Below, piece after piece: positions 10,181 through 20,320 of a DNA stretch of 64,000 nt. Source of the DNA: an uncultured Elusimicrobia bacterium (GTDB taxonomy: Bacteria > Elusimicrobiota > Elusimicrobia > 2-01-FULL-59-12); NCBI GenBank assembly GCA_963702895.1, contig OY969767.1:1216001-1280000 (forward strand), read 5' to 3'. The translations under genes and the position numbers were made by a program. The notes under the pieces were generated by a model. That model worked only from the letters and a program-made list of their open reading frames with translations. It was not told the DNA's origin and ran no database searches. Position 1 is the stretch's first letter. Each line of letters begins with the position of its first letter.

Positions 10181-11836
10181 TTATTCCGCCAAATCCATTT
10201 TATACGTATTGTAAAAGCGGTGTGCTGAAGCGTACCATTCGCGAAGGCTAGTAGCTTCGCGATTTAGCGCGTCTGGGCATGCGCGCAACATATGGCCGAG
10301 AGGCTCGTAGAGGTCGCATTTTAATGAGTCATCTTTCATCAACAGCTGACCTTGCCAAGAGGGATGTCCAAAATACCAGCCCGCGAATGTACGTGCTCGC
10401 TTCGTGGTGTCTTCTAGTGATAGCGATTCCCACCAAGGTCCAGCGAGCGCGCTGAGATATTCCTGGCGTGATTTAGGCCAAAATGCAAATCCCGCATCAT
10501 GGTACCAGCCCCGATCCGATAGAAGGACAGGTTTTCCTAAGGCTGCAGCCTCGATACCTACGGTCCCATGATACGTCACGACGCCATCAAGCGCACGGAG
10601 CAAATCCCCCCCATTCCATGCGAGCTCTGCCAGTGCTATATGTGGTAGTGGGTTCGCGGGGAAGAGGTCACAAAGCGTGCTCCCACCGTACCATGCGTCG
10701 CAAGGGTGCCCTTTGAACAGCCAATAAACCTCTTTGTTTTCTTCAGCTATCTTCAGTGTCGTGTCAAGCCAATCGCGAAAATCACGGAAATGGGTCATGC
10801 CCGAGCTGTGTGGATAATCAAACCAGTTCGATGCATATACGCCGACCACTTTGCGCCGTTCATCCCAGCCCAATTGCTTATAAAGCAACTGCTTGTTGAT
10901 GAGCTGCTTAGGTGACTGATAGGCGTATCGGCTTCCGATGTCTTGAGTCGAGCCCCCTAGACGCATCTGGAGGTATTGCCAGCCGATCCTTTCAAAATCC
11001 TTCTGGCGATCCGGAGACAGTCCATTCAATTCCTCGCCGCTCGGCCGATCGATCATATCCATGATGTCCGCTGGTACATTTAAGCGAGCAAAACGTGGGA
11101 CACCGTAATTCCCAGAAAGAATGATGACCGACACGCCACGTTGAAGAGCCGTCCAGGCAAGAGCGCCGCACTCCAGATTGATGGCATGGCTGAGCAGGAC
11201 AAGGTCAAAATCGGTTTGTTGAAAGATCTTTTGAGCGATGTCGAGATACCCCAGCGATTCTGCTACATCGGATTGGATATGAGGATGATGGAGATCAACG
11301 ACGGCTGAACGCTGGCGCTTGAGCAAAGCATCATAAACCCAGCTTGCCGGAAAGTGCTCTGGGAGCTGCCATTGAAGAATGTCGCCGGGATCTGATGTAT
11401 GGGCGAGATAGCTTTTGGCTTGTTCGCGGAACTGATCTAGAGAGGACTTCCATTGCAACAAGCTTCGGGTGCTTTGTATCCCGAATCGCTCAAAGGTCCG
11501 TTGGCAATTCATGGTGTTATAGCGCCCGGTGATACCGATTTCGTGTGCCTGCGATAAACCCAATGCCCGCCGGACGAGCATCACGCGATACCAATAATTG
11601 GGGTTGTCCCACGTACCATCTACGAGGATGGTGCGGGCCAAAGGTTTTTGATCGGCTGTCTTGCTGAGACTGGCGAGCAGATGTTCTGTTTCTTGACGTT
11701 TACGAGAGGTGCGGTAATTCCCATAGAAGCGCGATGGACTCCAGGTTCGCAAACGGCGCACCAGCCCTTCCGCCATTCGGCGAGGGCTCTTAATCGGATG
11801 TAGCTTTCGAGGCGTTGTCAGCATCATCGATTTCAC
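10181..11836 (-). CDS. Putative capsule/LPS glycosyltransferase (KpsS/Capsule_synth-like GT-B C-terminal domain)
   Basis: WLFKGHP and VVTYHGTVGIEAAALGKPVLL motifs, typical of ulosonic-acid transferase-like GT-B proteins; operon context. Confidence 0.55.
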   Translation of the reverse strand: MKSMMLTTPRKLHPIKSPRRMAEGLVRRLRTWSPSRFYGNYRTSRKRQETEHLLASLSKTADQKPLARTILVDGTWDNPNYWYRVMLVRRALGLSQAHEIGITGRYNTMNCQRTFERFGIQSTRSLLQWKSSLDQFREQAKSYLAHTSDPGDILQWQLPEHFPASWVYDALLKRQRSAVVDLHHPHIQSDVAESLGYLDIAQKIFQQTDFDLVLLSHAINLECGALAWTALQRGVSVIILSGNYGVPRFARLNVPADIMDMIDRPSGEELNGLSPDRQKDFERIGWQYLQMRLGGSTQDIGSRYAYQSPKQLINKQLLYKQLGWDERRKVVGVYASNWFDYPHSSGMTHFRDFRDWLDTTLKIAEENKEVYWLFKGHPCDAWYGGSTLCDLFPANPLPHIALAELAWNGGDLLRALDGVVTYHGTVGIEAAALGKPVLLSDRGWYHDAGFAFWPKSRQEYLSALAGPWWESLSLEDTTKRARTFAGWYFGHPSWQGQLLMKDDSLKCDLYEPLGHMLRACPDALNREATSLREWYASAHRFYNTYKMDLAE

Positions 11837-12540
11837 CGTTGATAGGCGTATCGGCCCAGGGCCAATTTCTGAACGACTTCTTCCATCACCTTGGACTCGA
11901 TCACTTTGAAATAACGACCGCTTCCCTGCGCCGGCAGTTGCTTGACGGACAACCCTTCATCCACAATTCGACGAACCCCTTTTGCCAGGAGATGTAGGGC
12001 ATGTTGATAGACTTTCACACGGACATCGACATAGGTGTCGGTTCGTCGGAAGGTTAATCCCTCTTGCAGCACAATAGGACCTTCGTCGATGCCTTCGGTC
12101 ATGAAGTGGACTGTGTTTCCGATCTGCTCGTCCAGATAGACCGCCCATTCCACACAAGTACAGCCACGGAACTGAGGGAGTAGGCCAGGATGACAATTCA
12201 CGACGCCGACGCGTGGAGCGCGTAAGATCGTGTTTGTGAGAATCCGAGGTGTTCCCGCATTGATCAGTAAATCGATGTTGAGTCGCGCGACCAATGCTGC
12301 TGTGATCGGAGATCGATGGTCATCGACAAAATAAAAAGGGATTCCTTCTTTAGCGAACTGATGAAGTGGGATTTCAGGGAAATGCCCCGCGGTCCTCTCC
12401 TGGAAGATCTGGAGGTCTTTGTCACTCATGACTTTCGAGTCCATGAGGATCGCATGGATGGCAGTGTTTTGCTTTAAAAGTTCTGCGATCTGGTAGCCCA
12501 AGAGCGGCTCGCGATTATTACTCAGAAGGGCAATTCGCAT
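11833..12540 (-). CDS. Formyltransferase (GART/Fmt family), probable sugar N-formyltransferase
   Basis: VVNCHPGLLPQFRG, GNTVHFMTEGIDEGPI. Start ATG 12540 in a TAATG overlap. Confidence 0.88.
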   Translation of the reverse strand: MRIALLSNNREPLLGYQIAELLKQNTAIHAILMDSKVMSDKDLQIFQERTAGHFPEIPLHQFAKEGIPFYFVDDHRSPITAALVARLNIDLLINAGTPRILTNTILRAPRVGVVNCHPGLLPQFRGCTCVEWAVYLDEQIGNTVHFMTEGIDEGPIVLQEGLTFRRTDTYVDVRVKVYQHALHLLAKGVRRIVDEGLSVKQLPAQGSGRYFKVIESKVMEEVVQKLALGRYAYQR

Positions 12541-13715
12541 TAACGTAAGGCCTCTTGAACAATGGTGTTTTTGACACATTGAGCGACTCGATGAGCGGCT
12601 CCGTCGACGTTCAGGGGCTTTTTCGGGATCGAGCGAAGGCTGTCCCAGTTCCCTGAGGCGAATTCCCCGGCGGCCCAACGAAGAGCGGGGAGATCTTGAA
12701 TGAGACGCGTATACCCGAGAATGTTACTCACGCACGGGTCTGCCTCTTGGGAATCTTGAAGACCGATTTCGATACTCACGGATGGACGCCCAGAGACAGC
12801 CGCCTCTAGCAAAACAATCGACATCATCCCGAAAACTGCGTTTGATGCAGCAATCCACTCCGCGGGTTTTCGATCTGTGCGAATACTGGTGGTGAGACTG
12901 TTGCGCGATCGTTCTTGGAGCACTTGTCGTAACGGTGACTCCTCTTCCATGGGATGGGGCTTGACGATCACATGGCATCTTTGATGCGCTGATTCAAACG
13001 CGCGGGAAAGCTCGTCCAGACAAAGTCTTAACATGCTGGTGGATGTATAGCCATAGCGAGAATGAAGCGGGTCTTTCATGAGCCCCCCCACACCTAGCGA
13101 TGGCTGTCCGTCCGGTTTTAAAAAGAAGGGGTCGGAGAAGAATGTCAACACAGGGACTTGAGAATTGAAGCCTTCATCTCGCCGAATCTTTTCCGGCGAG
13201 ATCGCGGCCACTTGTTTCTTGCTGTATTCTAAATTGACGGGGCCTGTCATAAGGACCCGTTGTATCGGAAAGCCCATGGTGATGATCCCCAATCGCGAGA
13301 TGTCATCCATCGCGCACACCCAATCTGGCCATGAACGCAAGAGACCCTCGGGTGTGGAGCGTTGGAAACGGTCTGGGTAATTCAACCAGGAATCGAGGAC
13401 AGCAATGACAGGAATGGATCGTCTTTGGGATGCCATCCGGACGGTATGTTCTAATCGATTGTAGAGGCCGCTCCCTGAAACAACTGCTGCAGCTCTCGAG
13501 CCGGCAAGCAAATCAAGCGCATCGTCTTCATTCAAATGATCGGTAACTTTACGAGCCGGTATCTCTGGCCATTCATGTGACCATATGTCATAGGCCGGTC
13601 CCGCTAAGAAAGGCTCGATCGCGAATCCGTCCTGCAATAATTCTTGCGCCACTGGGAGGATGGCGCGCGCCGATCCTGCATCGTGTGCGACAAAAACAAG
13701 CGTCATGCGATTCAT
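12540..13715 (-). CDS. Surface-carbohydrate biosynthesis protein, GT-B-like fold
   Basis: VFVAHDAGSA, AVLDSWLNY, IVKPHP, GMMSIVLLEAAVSGRP; translational coupling on both sides. Confidence 0.55.
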   Translation of the reverse strand: MNRMTLVFVAHDAGSARAILPVAQELLQDGFAIEPFLAGPAYDIWSHEWPEIPARKVTDHLNEDDALDLLAGSRAAAVVSGSGLYNRLEHTVRMASQRRSIPVIAVLDSWLNYPDRFQRSTPEGLLRSWPDWVCAMDDISRLGIITMGFPIQRVLMTGPVNLEYSKKQVAAISPEKIRRDEGFNSQVPVLTFFSDPFFLKPDGQPSLGVGGLMKDPLHSRYGYTSTSMLRLCLDELSRAFESAHQRCHVIVKPHPMEEESPLRQVLQERSRNSLTTSIRTDRKPAEWIAASNAVFGMMSIVLLEAAVSGRPSVSIEIGLQDSQEADPCVSNILGYTRLIQDLPALRWAAGEFASGNWDSLRSIPKKPLNVDGAAHRVAQCVKNTIVQEALR

Positions 13716-15025
13716 GCCCGCGAAGTCTCCAGAAGTGATGCACGTTGTTCGTAGACTTTTTGGAAGGCTCGAACGACATCTTTCATGTCCTCAACCGTCG
13801 AGGGAGGTCGCATAAATTCGGTTTCGATGATTCGATGATCTTCAATTTCTTCGGTGATCGGACAACTCCCCTTCCGATAACTCTTGAGTGTTGAGTCCTG
13901 GGCGAGTTGGAAGGGAAATCCGGAGCGTCCCATGGCGATCCTGTTTTGAAACATGGGCAGAAAGTAAAGAGGTTTGCCATAACCGGCGTTGATCAGTGGC
14001 CAATCTCGGTCTGTGGCGGTCGGCAGTTCAGCAACGATGGCATTCACAAATTGATGACGAGGCACGCCAATTGTCTCCTCATCGAACAGAAACGCTTGCG
14101 TGTAATAGACATGTTTGCATCCGGGTCGAACAACCGGGGGGTGAATCCCGGGGAGTTTCTGAAGTTCTTGGGAAAGATACTCTGCATTGCGAAGGCGTGC
14201 TTCAAGCAAAGATGGTAATTTCTTCAGCTGCTCGATGCCAATGGCAGCGGTAATCTCAGTCATTCGGAAATTGAATCCGTAGGTGTTATCAAGTCGACCG
14301 ACACCTTTATCTTGGACAACAGCTTCCCCGTGATTCCGAATGAGTTGAAGACGTTCCGCGAGCTCGGCATTGTTGGTCGTCACCACCCCTCCTTCGCCTG
14401 TGTGAATATGTTTATGGTAATTCAAACTAAACACGGTCATATCCCCAAGACCACCAACCAATCGCCCTTTATACACTGCACCGGGCGCTTGTGCTGCATC
14501 CTCAATGGTGAGGAGATGATGTTCGCGGGCGATTGCAAGTATCGCATCCATATCGGCGGGATGACCGAAGAGGTGAACCACCATAATGGCCTTGGTTCTA
14601 GGTGTAATCTTTCGCTGGACATCGTTTGGGTCCAAGCAGAACGTGTCGGCTTCAATGTCAGCAAAAACGGGCAATCCCCCATAAGCGATGATGGCGGTGG
14701 CAGTCGCGGACATGGTGTACGGCGTGCAAATGACCTCATCCCCTGGCCCTATGCCAGCAGCCCCCACAGCGGCCAAAAGACCTGAAGCAGCCGAATTGAC
14801 AGAGATCGCATGACGCACTCCAAGGAAATCCGCCCAGGCGTGTTCGAAGCCTTGAACACGCGCTCCTCCAAAGAAGTCCGCGTGCCAGGCACCCAGAAAG
14901 CGTGATAAGACCCCGCTCTCTAAGACTTCAAGGGCTGCTAATCTTTCTTCACGGCCTATAAAGTTCGGAGCGGGGAAGGGTGTGGTACGGATCGGTTTCC
15001 CGCCAAAGAGCGCCAGACGTGTCAT
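13712..15025 (-). CDS. DegT/DnrJ/EryC1/StrS PLP-dependent sugar aminotransferase
   Basis: IEDAAQAPGA, FSLNYHKHIHTGEGG, RNHG, GFNFRMTE. Confidence 0.93.
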   Translation of the reverse strand: MTRLALFGGKPIRTTPFPAPNFIGREERLAALEVLESGVLSRFLGAWHADFFGGARVQGFEHAWADFLGVRHAISVNSAASGLLAAVGAAGIGPGDEVICTPYTMSATATAIIAYGGLPVFADIEADTFCLDPNDVQRKITPRTKAIMVVHLFGHPADMDAILAIAREHHLLTIEDAAQAPGAVYKGRLVGGLGDMTVFSLNYHKHIHTGEGGVVTTNNAELAERLQLIRNHGEAVVQDKGVGRLDNTYGFNFRMTEITAAIGIEQLKKLPSLLEARLRNAEYLSQELQKLPGIHPPVVRPGCKHVYYTQAFLFDEETIGVPRHQFVNAIVAELPTATDRDWPLINAGYGKPLYFLPMFQNRIAMGRSGFPFQLAQDSTLKSYRKGSCPITEEIEDHRIIETEFMRPPSTVEDMKDVVRAFQKVYEQRASLLETSRA

Positions 15026-15996
15026 GAAAGAGCCTCCGTTGAAAACTGTTGTGAGTAATTCGCAAATCTTCGAATAAAACGCTGGGAGCGCATTTCGCGT
15101 TCTAGGCAGTCGGAAGCGTAAACGGGATCTTGGATCGATTGATGAACATCGTTCAAGACAGAATTCAGGAGCGACCCAGCTTCCATGTCAAAGACACCTA
15201 CTGTCCGAAAGACATGGAAGTCATGATAAAGCGGGTGCGGAAAAGATTCAGCGAAAAGCATTTTCTCAGGGCTCTGCGAGATCTCGACTTTGCCGTGTGT
15301 GCCATAGGCATGTAATTCAAAGATATATGGAATATGTGCAGACGGTTCCAGAAGGACCAGGGGCAGAGCGATATTGCCCTGGTGAAGCTCAAACGTCTTC
15401 ACATGTTTCGCTTCATGAATGAAACGGACTTCCCAGTCTGCACCCCACCACTGTGCGAACAAGTCAAGAAGATGGATCCCGTTGTGCAAAAGACCATTGG
15501 AGTAGCTCATGACTATGGCTGTGGCTTTGCCAAAATGGCCGCCTCGGATCCATTGAGCTATTTCGTGTGTTCCAGGATGGTGTCGTCGTGGACAGTTCAT
15601 CATGACAGGGATCTTTGCGTGCGTGAGGACGTCCAAGAGACCATCAATGTCGTCAGCGTCCGTCGTCAGAGGCTTCTCGATCAGAATCGCTTTCGGTCGT
15701 GCGGCCAGAGCGTCAAGAAGATCGAGTTTATGATGGTCATCCGGTGTCGCAATATAGATGACATCCCAAGGTTCCTTGAGCCAAGTGGAACGGTCTCGTG
15801 GCGATAGGGGGCAATGCCAACGCTCTTCTGCCGCCAATGTGCGCGAAGAATCCGTGTCAAAGAACCCGCCCAGGTGAAAGTGGGAACTCTTGGAAATCGC
15901 GTGGGCCATACTCAAGACATGATCGTCACCAGGATGGTCATAGCCCTGCGCGATCTGGCCGGCTCCCAATATCCCTACGGAATAAGAGGTTGTCAA
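15022..15996 (-). CDS. Gfo/Idh/MocA family oxidoreductase
   Basis: VGILGAGQIA, IATPDDHH, ILIEKP, NGIHLLD. Start reassigned to TTG 15996 with a GGAGG RBS; the longer ORF-track start lies inside the upstream gene. Confidence 0.82.
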   Translation of the reverse strand: MTTSYSVGILGAGQIAQGYDHPGDDHVLSMAHAISKSSHFHLGGFFDTDSSRTLAAEERWHCPLSPRDRSTWLKEPWDVIYIATPDDHHKLDLLDALAARPKAILIEKPLTTDADDIDGLLDVLTHAKIPVMMNCPRRHHPGTHEIAQWIRGGHFGKATAIVMSYSNGLLHNGIHLLDLFAQWWGADWEVRFIHEAKHVKTFELHQGNIALPLVLLEPSAHIPYIFELHAYGTHGKVEISQSPEKMLFAESFPHPLYHDFHVFRTVGVFDMEAGSLLNSVLNDVHQSIQDPVYASDCLEREMRSQRFIRRFANYSQQFSTEALS

Positions 15997-16036
15997 ATGT
16001 GTGTCCTCCACGACGGCTCGTAAGTGTGCGGAATGC

Positions 16037-16822
16037 TCATGAATGTCCTGCGATGGGGCTCCATGTCGTTCGTTCTCGTACGCGACGGCATGCATTGTGC
16101 AAATCGGGATGAGCCCTGATCCATGAGGCGATCTCCTCGACACCATACTCTTGGCGTTCGCCGCTAAGGTCTTCGTGCAAAGCGCGAATGAGCTCATAGT
16201 CTTCGCGATAATCCAGCGTGACGAGCAAGTCTTCGGTGCCACGTGCGCGGTCGTGTGTAATGAAGCGGGGTTTGAATCGAGTTCCAGATTCCGGCCGATA
16301 GAAGCCGTAGGAAACGTGTTCTCGATCGAGTGGATCCTGTGTCTCATCATTGAGCTGGTAAAGAGCATTGGCCTTAAACACTTGGACATCCAGGCCTGCT
16401 GGAACGGATCGGTGAGGATCGGAATTGCTGACATACGGATGAATCGAACGTGTCGCAAGATAGGCTTCGATGGCCTCCTGGACGATTGCGGGATCCGTAA
16501 GCGGACAATCCGCTGTGATCTCGACACAGACATCAGCCTGTGTTGCCTGCAGAGCGCCGCATACACGTGCAAGCACATCGTTTTCACTCCCCCGATGGGG
16601 CGGTATGCCAAGATGAGCCGCCAACTGAGCAATGGGTTCATCCACTGCGTTGAGAGTTGTTGCGATAATGATGCCGTCCAGGCGCCTCACGCGCTGTAAT
16701 CTCTTGATCAGAATCTGCAATAAAGGCTCTCCGCCTGCGGTCATCAAGACTTTCCCAGGCAAACGTGTCGATGCCATGCGTGCTTCAATCGTTGCGATAA
16801 CTCTTAAGCGATCATGTTCCAT
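16037..16822 (-). CDS. SpsF/PseF-like cytidylyltransferase (second copy)
   Basis: IEARMASTRLPGKVL, RGSENDVLAR, ITADCPL, REHVS, VTLDYREDY. Confidence 0.88.
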   Translation of the reverse strand: MEHDRLRVIATIEARMASTRLPGKVLMTAGGEPLLQILIKRLQRVRRLDGIIIATTLNAVDEPIAQLAAHLGIPPHRGSENDVLARVCGALQATQADVCVEITADCPLTDPAIVQEAIEAYLATRSIHPYVSNSDPHRSVPAGLDVQVFKANALYQLNDETQDPLDREHVSYGFYRPESGTRFKPRFITHDRARGTEDLLVTLDYREDYELIRALHEDLSGERQEYGVEEIASWIRAHPDLHNACRRVRERTTWSPIAGHS

Positions 16823-17895
16823 GTCAATGCAGTACCTTCCAAGATATCTTGTGTAGCCTTCTTCCCAATCACTGTGTCGTAATACTTCGGAGGTAATCCC
16901 AGGCCCGGACGGATCACACGCACATTCTGGGGAGTCAATGTTTCACCATTCTTAATATTCTTCGATACATAGATCGAGCGGCGATAGATAAGCGACATTT
17001 GCTCGGATGGGGTTGGGCCGAACTGAACGTGCCCGATAGCCTCCCAGGCCGACTTGGATTCGCGGACCAGCTGCTTGAGTTCATGCGGTTCTAATGAAAA
17101 TGGCGCATCAACCCCACCGTCGTGACGGGCCAAGGTGACATGCCTCTCAATAACCTCAGCGCCCAAGGCAATGGACGCAAGCGATGCGCCGAGTCCCAGG
17201 GTATGGTCTGATAAGCCAACATGACACCGGTACCGCGAGCGCAGTTCTGGGATGGTACGAAGATGGGAGTCGCTTGAAGGCGCAGGGTAAGAGCTGGTGC
17301 ACTTGAGTAAAACCAGCTCTCGGCACCCGTTGTGTCGTGCTGCGTCAACGGCCTCGGTAATTTCCTCCGTTGTGGCCATTCCGGTTGAAAGGATGATGGG
17401 TTTGCCGGTCTGTGCGACGTAGCGAATCAGTGGCAGATCAATATTTTCGAATGATGCAATCTTATAGAGAGGCACACTAAGCTTTTCAAGGTAATCCACA
17501 GCGCGTGGATCAAAAGGTGTGCTGAAGCCAATAAGTCCAAGCTCGCGGCATAGAGAAAAGATAGACTGATGCCATTCCCACGGCGTATGCGCTTTTTGGT
17601 AGAGCTCATAAAGGCTCTGGCCGTTCCATAGACTTTGTGGGTGATTGATGAGAAATTCTCCTCGCTTGATATTGAGCGTCATGGTATCTGCGGTATAAGT
17701 CTGAATCTTAAGTGCTTGTGCACCAGCCTCCGCTGTCTTGCGGACGATCTCTAAGGCACGTTCGAGGGATTGATTGTGATTGCCCGACATCTCAGCGATG
17801 ATAAAAGGTGCGCCATGACTGCTGATGCGGATATCTCCGAAGACGATGTCAGAAGTTGTATCGATAGTATTCCCTAAAGAGTTAGACATGGGCAT
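16804..17895 (-). CDS. pseI: Pseudaminic acid synthase
   Basis: IIAEMSGNHNQSLERA, LKIQTYTADT, AHTPWEWH, KIASFE, GLSDHT, DGGVDAPFSLEP, C-terminal SAF domain. Confidence 0.92.
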   Translation of the reverse strand: MPMSNSLGNTIDTTSDIVFGDIRISSHGAPFIIAEMSGNHNQSLERALEIVRKTAEAGAQALKIQTYTADTMTLNIKRGEFLINHPQSLWNGQSLYELYQKAHTPWEWHQSIFSLCRELGLIGFSTPFDPRAVDYLEKLSVPLYKIASFENIDLPLIRYVAQTGKPIILSTGMATTEEITEAVDAARHNGCRELVLLKCTSSYPAPSSDSHLRTIPELRSRYRCHVGLSDHTLGLGASLASIALGAEVIERHVTLARHDGGVDAPFSLEPHELKQLVRESKSAWEAIGHVQFGPTPSEQMSLIYRRSIYVSKNIKNGETLTPQNVRVIRPGLGLPPKYYDTVIGKKATQDILEGTALTWNMIA

Positions 17896-18436
17896 GGCTC
17901 CAGAGTTCTTTTGCAAGGTTCATGCTATACATCTGCCACCTTGCTTTTTGAAGGACAAGACGTATCACGAGCTCAGTTTTGCCTTGCTTTATTTGATGGA
18001 GTTCATTATTTGTTTTTTGGAAGCCGAGATTCTCTTGAAATCGAAGTGCCCGTGAGTTGAACGCAAAAGTATCTGCGAAGATGCGCTCGACCTGTAATCG
18101 CGAAAAGCCAACCTCGAGCCCTAAGAGAGCCATCGCCTTACCAACGCCTGAGGTCGCCGTCCGTGCCAGGTAGAATCCCCAAAAACAAGATGACCGTGTG
18201 TCATCCATCTTGTTAAACGAAACGGTTCCAAGAGGAGTCTTGCAATACTCAAAGATCAGGCATAAGTCGGTCGGGCTCGTTGCGAGACGTCGATACCATG
18301 CTCGATGTTCTTCGGGAGTGATCAGGTGATCAGAAAACATCACATCACGAATCGCGTCAGAGTTCCTCCAGAGCAAGACCTGGTCCAGGTCGGACTCTTC
18401 AAGAGGTCGTATGAGGCAATCTTCACGCCTGAGCAT
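17882..18436 (-). CDS. pseH: PseH-type GNAT N-acetyltransferase
   Basis: WRNSDAIRDVM...ITPEEHRAW, WGFY, GVGK, FNSRALRF..LGF; located between pseG and pseI. Confidence 0.82.
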   Translation of the reverse strand: MLRREDCLIRPLEESDLDQVLLWRNSDAIRDVMFSDHLITPEEHRAWYRRLATSPTDLCLIFEYCKTPLGTVSFNKMDDTRSSCFWGFYLARTATSGVGKAMALLGLEVGFSRLQVERIFADTFAFNSRALRFQENLGFQKTNNELHQIKQGKTELVIRLVLQKARWQMYSMNLAKELWSHAHV

Positions 18437-19532
18437 GGTGGAATTCCATAATCTTTCCTGCCACAAAGTCCGCGCCCTTGTAATGAGCTCCGCCCATCAG
18501 CCCCCTGGCGGCTTGACTCATCGAGTGTGCTTGCTCTGGCGACCGGAGCAATCTCCTGAGCGTCTCTACGATCGCTTCCGTCTGGAGGGAGGCGTGCCAT
18601 CCAAGGTTGATCGCCGCGCCGCATGCGGCGACGGATTCGGTGACTTGTTGTTGATTCTTGGCAAGGATGATGCTGATGGAAGGTAAGCCCATCATGCAAC
18701 GTTCCCAAGTCGCGGTCCCGCCGCCCCCAATGGCGAGATCGGCATGAGCCATAAGGTCCGCCATGGTGTTGATGCTTTGGAATACCCGAATATGATGCTG
18801 GTCTGAACATCTCATTTTGATTGATGTCGCGTTGGGATTGGCGGCGCCAAGCACGAGATCGACCGATATCTCCTGGTCCGTGAAATGATCAAGCGCATCA
18901 AGCACCTTCGCGGTGGCGTTGTCGGGATCGACCCCGCCAAGAAAGACGAGGATCTTTGGAGGGGTATGGTAATCGGTTCTTCGCGCAGGACGGGTTTTCA
19001 GGAATTCCTCCCGCAGAAGAGCATACTCGGGCCCGAGCAAGATTTCGCAGGTGTTCGGAACCAGCTTGTCATAACGATGACCGTCTTTGCCGATGTTTTG
19101 ATCGAGCAACAGATTGCATGCGTGGCGGCGGTCTGCCAGATCATCAATCACCATCAGTTTTGGGACTCTTTTCGAGAGTCGTCTTTCCCATCGCGCATCG
19201 AGACCATAGTGATCGACGATCAGCCAATCGATCTCTAGCGAGGCGTGCCGGATCGTATCCTCCGTATCTTGCGCATCTTTTTCCCAGGTGGCATTGAGCC
19301 AACGGGCGTAGAGCAGGTCCCCTGCTGACGCGTCATGGGAAGTGCGCTCAGGCAAAAGAATATAAGGAATATGGGCGTGACGTAGAGGCTCCGTAATCTC
19401 TGGACTTGTTGGCTGCAGAAGAAACTGGACCGCTGCATGATGCTTTTGCAGTGCTAAGGCTAACGTCAGACAGCGTGTGAAGTGTCCGAGACCTGTTTGT
19501 GGCGTGGCGTCGACCCTAAAGAGAACGGTCAT
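18423..19532 (-). CDS. pseG: UDP-2,4-diacetamido-2,4,6-trideoxy-beta-L-altropyranose hydrolase
   Basis: FRVDA...GLGHFTRCLTLA, WLIVDHYGLD..WE, VIDDLADR, LGPEYALLR, LGGVD, GGGTATWER. Confidence 0.92.
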   Translation of the reverse strand: MTVLFRVDATPQTGLGHFTRCLTLALALQKHHAAVQFLLQPTSPEITEPLRHAHIPYILLPERTSHDASAGDLLYARWLNATWEKDAQDTEDTIRHASLEIDWLIVDHYGLDARWERRLSKRVPKLMVIDDLADRRHACNLLLDQNIGKDGHRYDKLVPNTCEILLGPEYALLREEFLKTRPARRTDYHTPPKILVFLGGVDPDNATAKVLDALDHFTDQEISVDLVLGAANPNATSIKMRCSDQHHIRVFQSINTMADLMAHADLAIGGGGTATWERCMMGLPSISIILAKNQQQVTESVAACGAAINLGWHASLQTEAIVETLRRLLRSPEQAHSMSQAARGLMGGAHYKGADFVAGKIMEFHHAQA

Positions 19533-20320
19533 GGAGTCGCCACCTCTACCGTTTGAGTTTTTGAAGAGCGGACAGGAAGACCCCTTTGATGTAAATATTG
19601 CTTGGCTCCGAGTGGTGTTTGCTCTGTAAAGTGGAACAAGCTCGCAGCGGCAACAGCGGAGACATTCCCCACCGTTAAGGCCTCATGCATATGCGCGTAA
19701 TTGCCAGCGCCACCGGAAGCGATCACGGGTATTTGAACAGAATCCGTGATGGAGCGGATTAACGCCAGATCGTATCCGTCCATTGTGCCATCGCGATCGA
19801 TCGATGTGATCAGAATCTCGCCCGCTCCACGGTTCTGCATTTCTCGTGCCCACGTGGAGGGGCTTACGCCTGTTGGCCTGGTTCCGCTACGCGAATAGCA
19901 TTCGTAGGAGCCATCCGGGAGGAGTTTGGCGTCGATACTTGCGACGATGCATTGAGAACCGAACCGTTGAGCTGCTTCTTCAATCAAGGACGGCGCTTCG
20001 TAGCAAATGCTGTTTAAAGCGACCTTATCTGCCCCAGCCAAAAGCAGTTGACGGATGTCTTCGATCGTTCGCACGCCGCCGCCGACGGTCAGAGGCATAA
20101 AGCACTCACGGGAGAAATCTGCGACGGATTCATAATCGGGCCGGCGTCCCTCAGCGGTCGCCGTGATGTCGAGAACGATGAGTTCATCAACTTCTCGTGT
20201 GTTATAGACTTTGATCGCAGGCAACACGGTGCCCACTCTGCGCCAACTATCAAAACGAACCCCCTTCACCAGACCCACTTGCTTCCATAAAAGCGTTGGG
20301 ATGATCCGATGCTTAAGCAT
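19529..20320 (-). CDS. HisF-like cyclase subunit of a glycan amidation system (WbuZ/HisF2 type)
   Basis: [38 protein letters not shown]. Adjacent to the WbuX-like gene; the canonical hisF is at 56.4 kb. Confidence 0.88.
   Translation of the reverse strand: MLKHRIIPTLLWKQVGLVKGVRFDSWRRVGTVLPAIKVYNTREVDELIVLDITATAEGRRPDYESVADFSRECFMPLTVGGGVRTIEDIRQLLLAGADKVALNSICYEAPSLIEEAAQRFGSQCIVASIDAKLLPDGSYECYSRSGTRPTGVSPSTWAREMQNRGAGEILITSIDRDGTMDGYDLALIRSITDSVQIPVIASGGAGNYAHMHEALTVGNVSAVAAASLFHFTEQTPLGAKQYLHQRGLPVRSSKTQTVEVATP

Noticed and set aside
15997..16641. Long N-terminal extension of the oxidoreductase given by the ORF track
   Set aside because: It overlaps the SpsF-like gene in another frame, and a TTG with a GGAGG RBS at 15996 fits the Rossmann start. 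Similar over-long starts were trimmed for rmlA, trpA, trpD, folC, hisA and others.
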